Positions 63,381-64,000 of a stretch of DNA of 64,000 nt are shown here, piece by piece (position 1 is the first letter of the stretch; the number at the start of each line of letters is the position of its first letter). The notes under the pieces were generated by a model. That model was given only the letters and a program-made list of their open reading frames with translations. It ran no database searches and was not told the origin of the DNA. The translations under genes were made by a program, and so were the position numbers. Source of the DNA: a bacterium (GTDB lineage: Bacteria > UBA8248); the NCBI GenBank assembly GCA_965203325.1, contig OZ241875.1:384001-448000 (forward strand). The letters are read 5' to 3'.

Positions 63381-64000
63381 TTAAAACAGCCGAACGGGCG
63401 CAAGGGTGAACGTACTAATCAGGATTATCATACACGCAAATCCCCAAAAACGCCTCTTGCGCGTCAGGGGCTCCCACTCGTCCATGAGCGGCGGATGGCG
63501 CCTGCCCAACAGGAGCACGATCACGCTCCAGAATATCCAGCCGGGCCACCAGTATCCCATCGCCAGCAGAACGAGGCCGACGGCGAGGGAAATCCTCGCG
63601 TGCCACCTCCCGAGAAGCGTGTAGACGACGTGGCCGCCGTCGAGCTGTCCGGCGGGGATGAGGTTCAAGGCCGTCACCAGCAACCCGCACCAGCCCGCAA
63701 AGGCCACCGGGTGGAGAACGATGGTCTGGCCCCTGGGGATAGGGCCGTGCACCAGCCACGCGAGGCCGTCGAACAGAAGGGGCGTCCCCAGCCCGATGCC
63801 GGGTGAGGTGCCGCCGGGGGCGAGTCTGGACATCGTCAACCCGATGAGGAGGGCCGGAACCGCCGCGGCCAGACCGGCCAGCGGCCCCGCCACGGCCACG
63901 TCCATCAGGGCGTTTCGGTTCACGATGCCGCCGCGTATGCGGATGACCGCGCCGAACGTCCCCAGCAAAGAGGGAGCCGGCAGGAAATAGGGCAGCGAAG
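63381..64000 (-). CDS. Site-2 (M50) intramembrane protease, 3' part
   Basis: GTFGAVIR, VAGPLAG, LHPVAFAGW, LNLIPAGQLDGGH. Confidence 0.88.
   Translation of the reverse strand, partial: SLPYFLPAPSLLGTFGAVIRIRGGIVNRNALMDVAVAGPLAGLAAAVPALLIGLTMSRLAPGGTSPGIGLGTPLLFDGLAWLVHGPIPRGQTIVLHPVAFAGWCGLLVTALNLIPAGQLDGGHVVYTLLGRWHARISLAVGLVLLAMGYWWPGWIFWSVIVLLLGRRHPPLMDEWEPLTRKRRFWGFACMIILISTFTLAPVRLF

Overview
GC-rich bacterial chromosome segment that is almost entirely housekeeping genes. The gene order resembles deltaproteobacteria/Nitrospinota-related lineages (inference only). The + strand block (0.7-25.7 kb) is mreBCD-mrdA-rodA (split by an apparent 1-nt deletion), an opposite-strand sulfatase, a radical SAM/DUF2344 fusion, RNase G, cpoB, dprA-topA-trmFO-xerC-hslVU and argBDFG. 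The - strand block (25.8-45 kb) is plsC-like, DUF721/DciA, TPR lipoprotein, LolB-like, ispE-prs-rplY-pth, membrane pyrophosphatase, rpsF-ssb-rpsR-rplI-dnaB-alr, a lone MlaF-like ATPase and tgt-yajC-secDF. Next come PMM/PGM-YqaA-manC-uppP and NIPSNAP, then a GC-richer accessory trio (SixA-like, MFS, acyl-CoA ligase), a livKHMGF-type ABC transporter, efp, Xaa-Pro peptidase, aroQ, aroB, a lone pilM and a partial site-2 protease. I saw no rRNA, tRNA, CRISPR, prophage, transposase or defence system, and I cannot support a clearly new multi-gene system. The best leads are non-coding or syntenic: (1) a ~107-bp MITE-like element whose terminal repeat recurs in inverted orientation around a 4.1-kb three-gene segment with no transposase; (2) an S6:S18 ribosomal leader; (3) candidate attenuator/structured leaders before argB and livK; (4) orphan pilM and mlaF abutting unrelated genes; (5) the rodA frameshift; (6) an atypical TGT substrate pocket.
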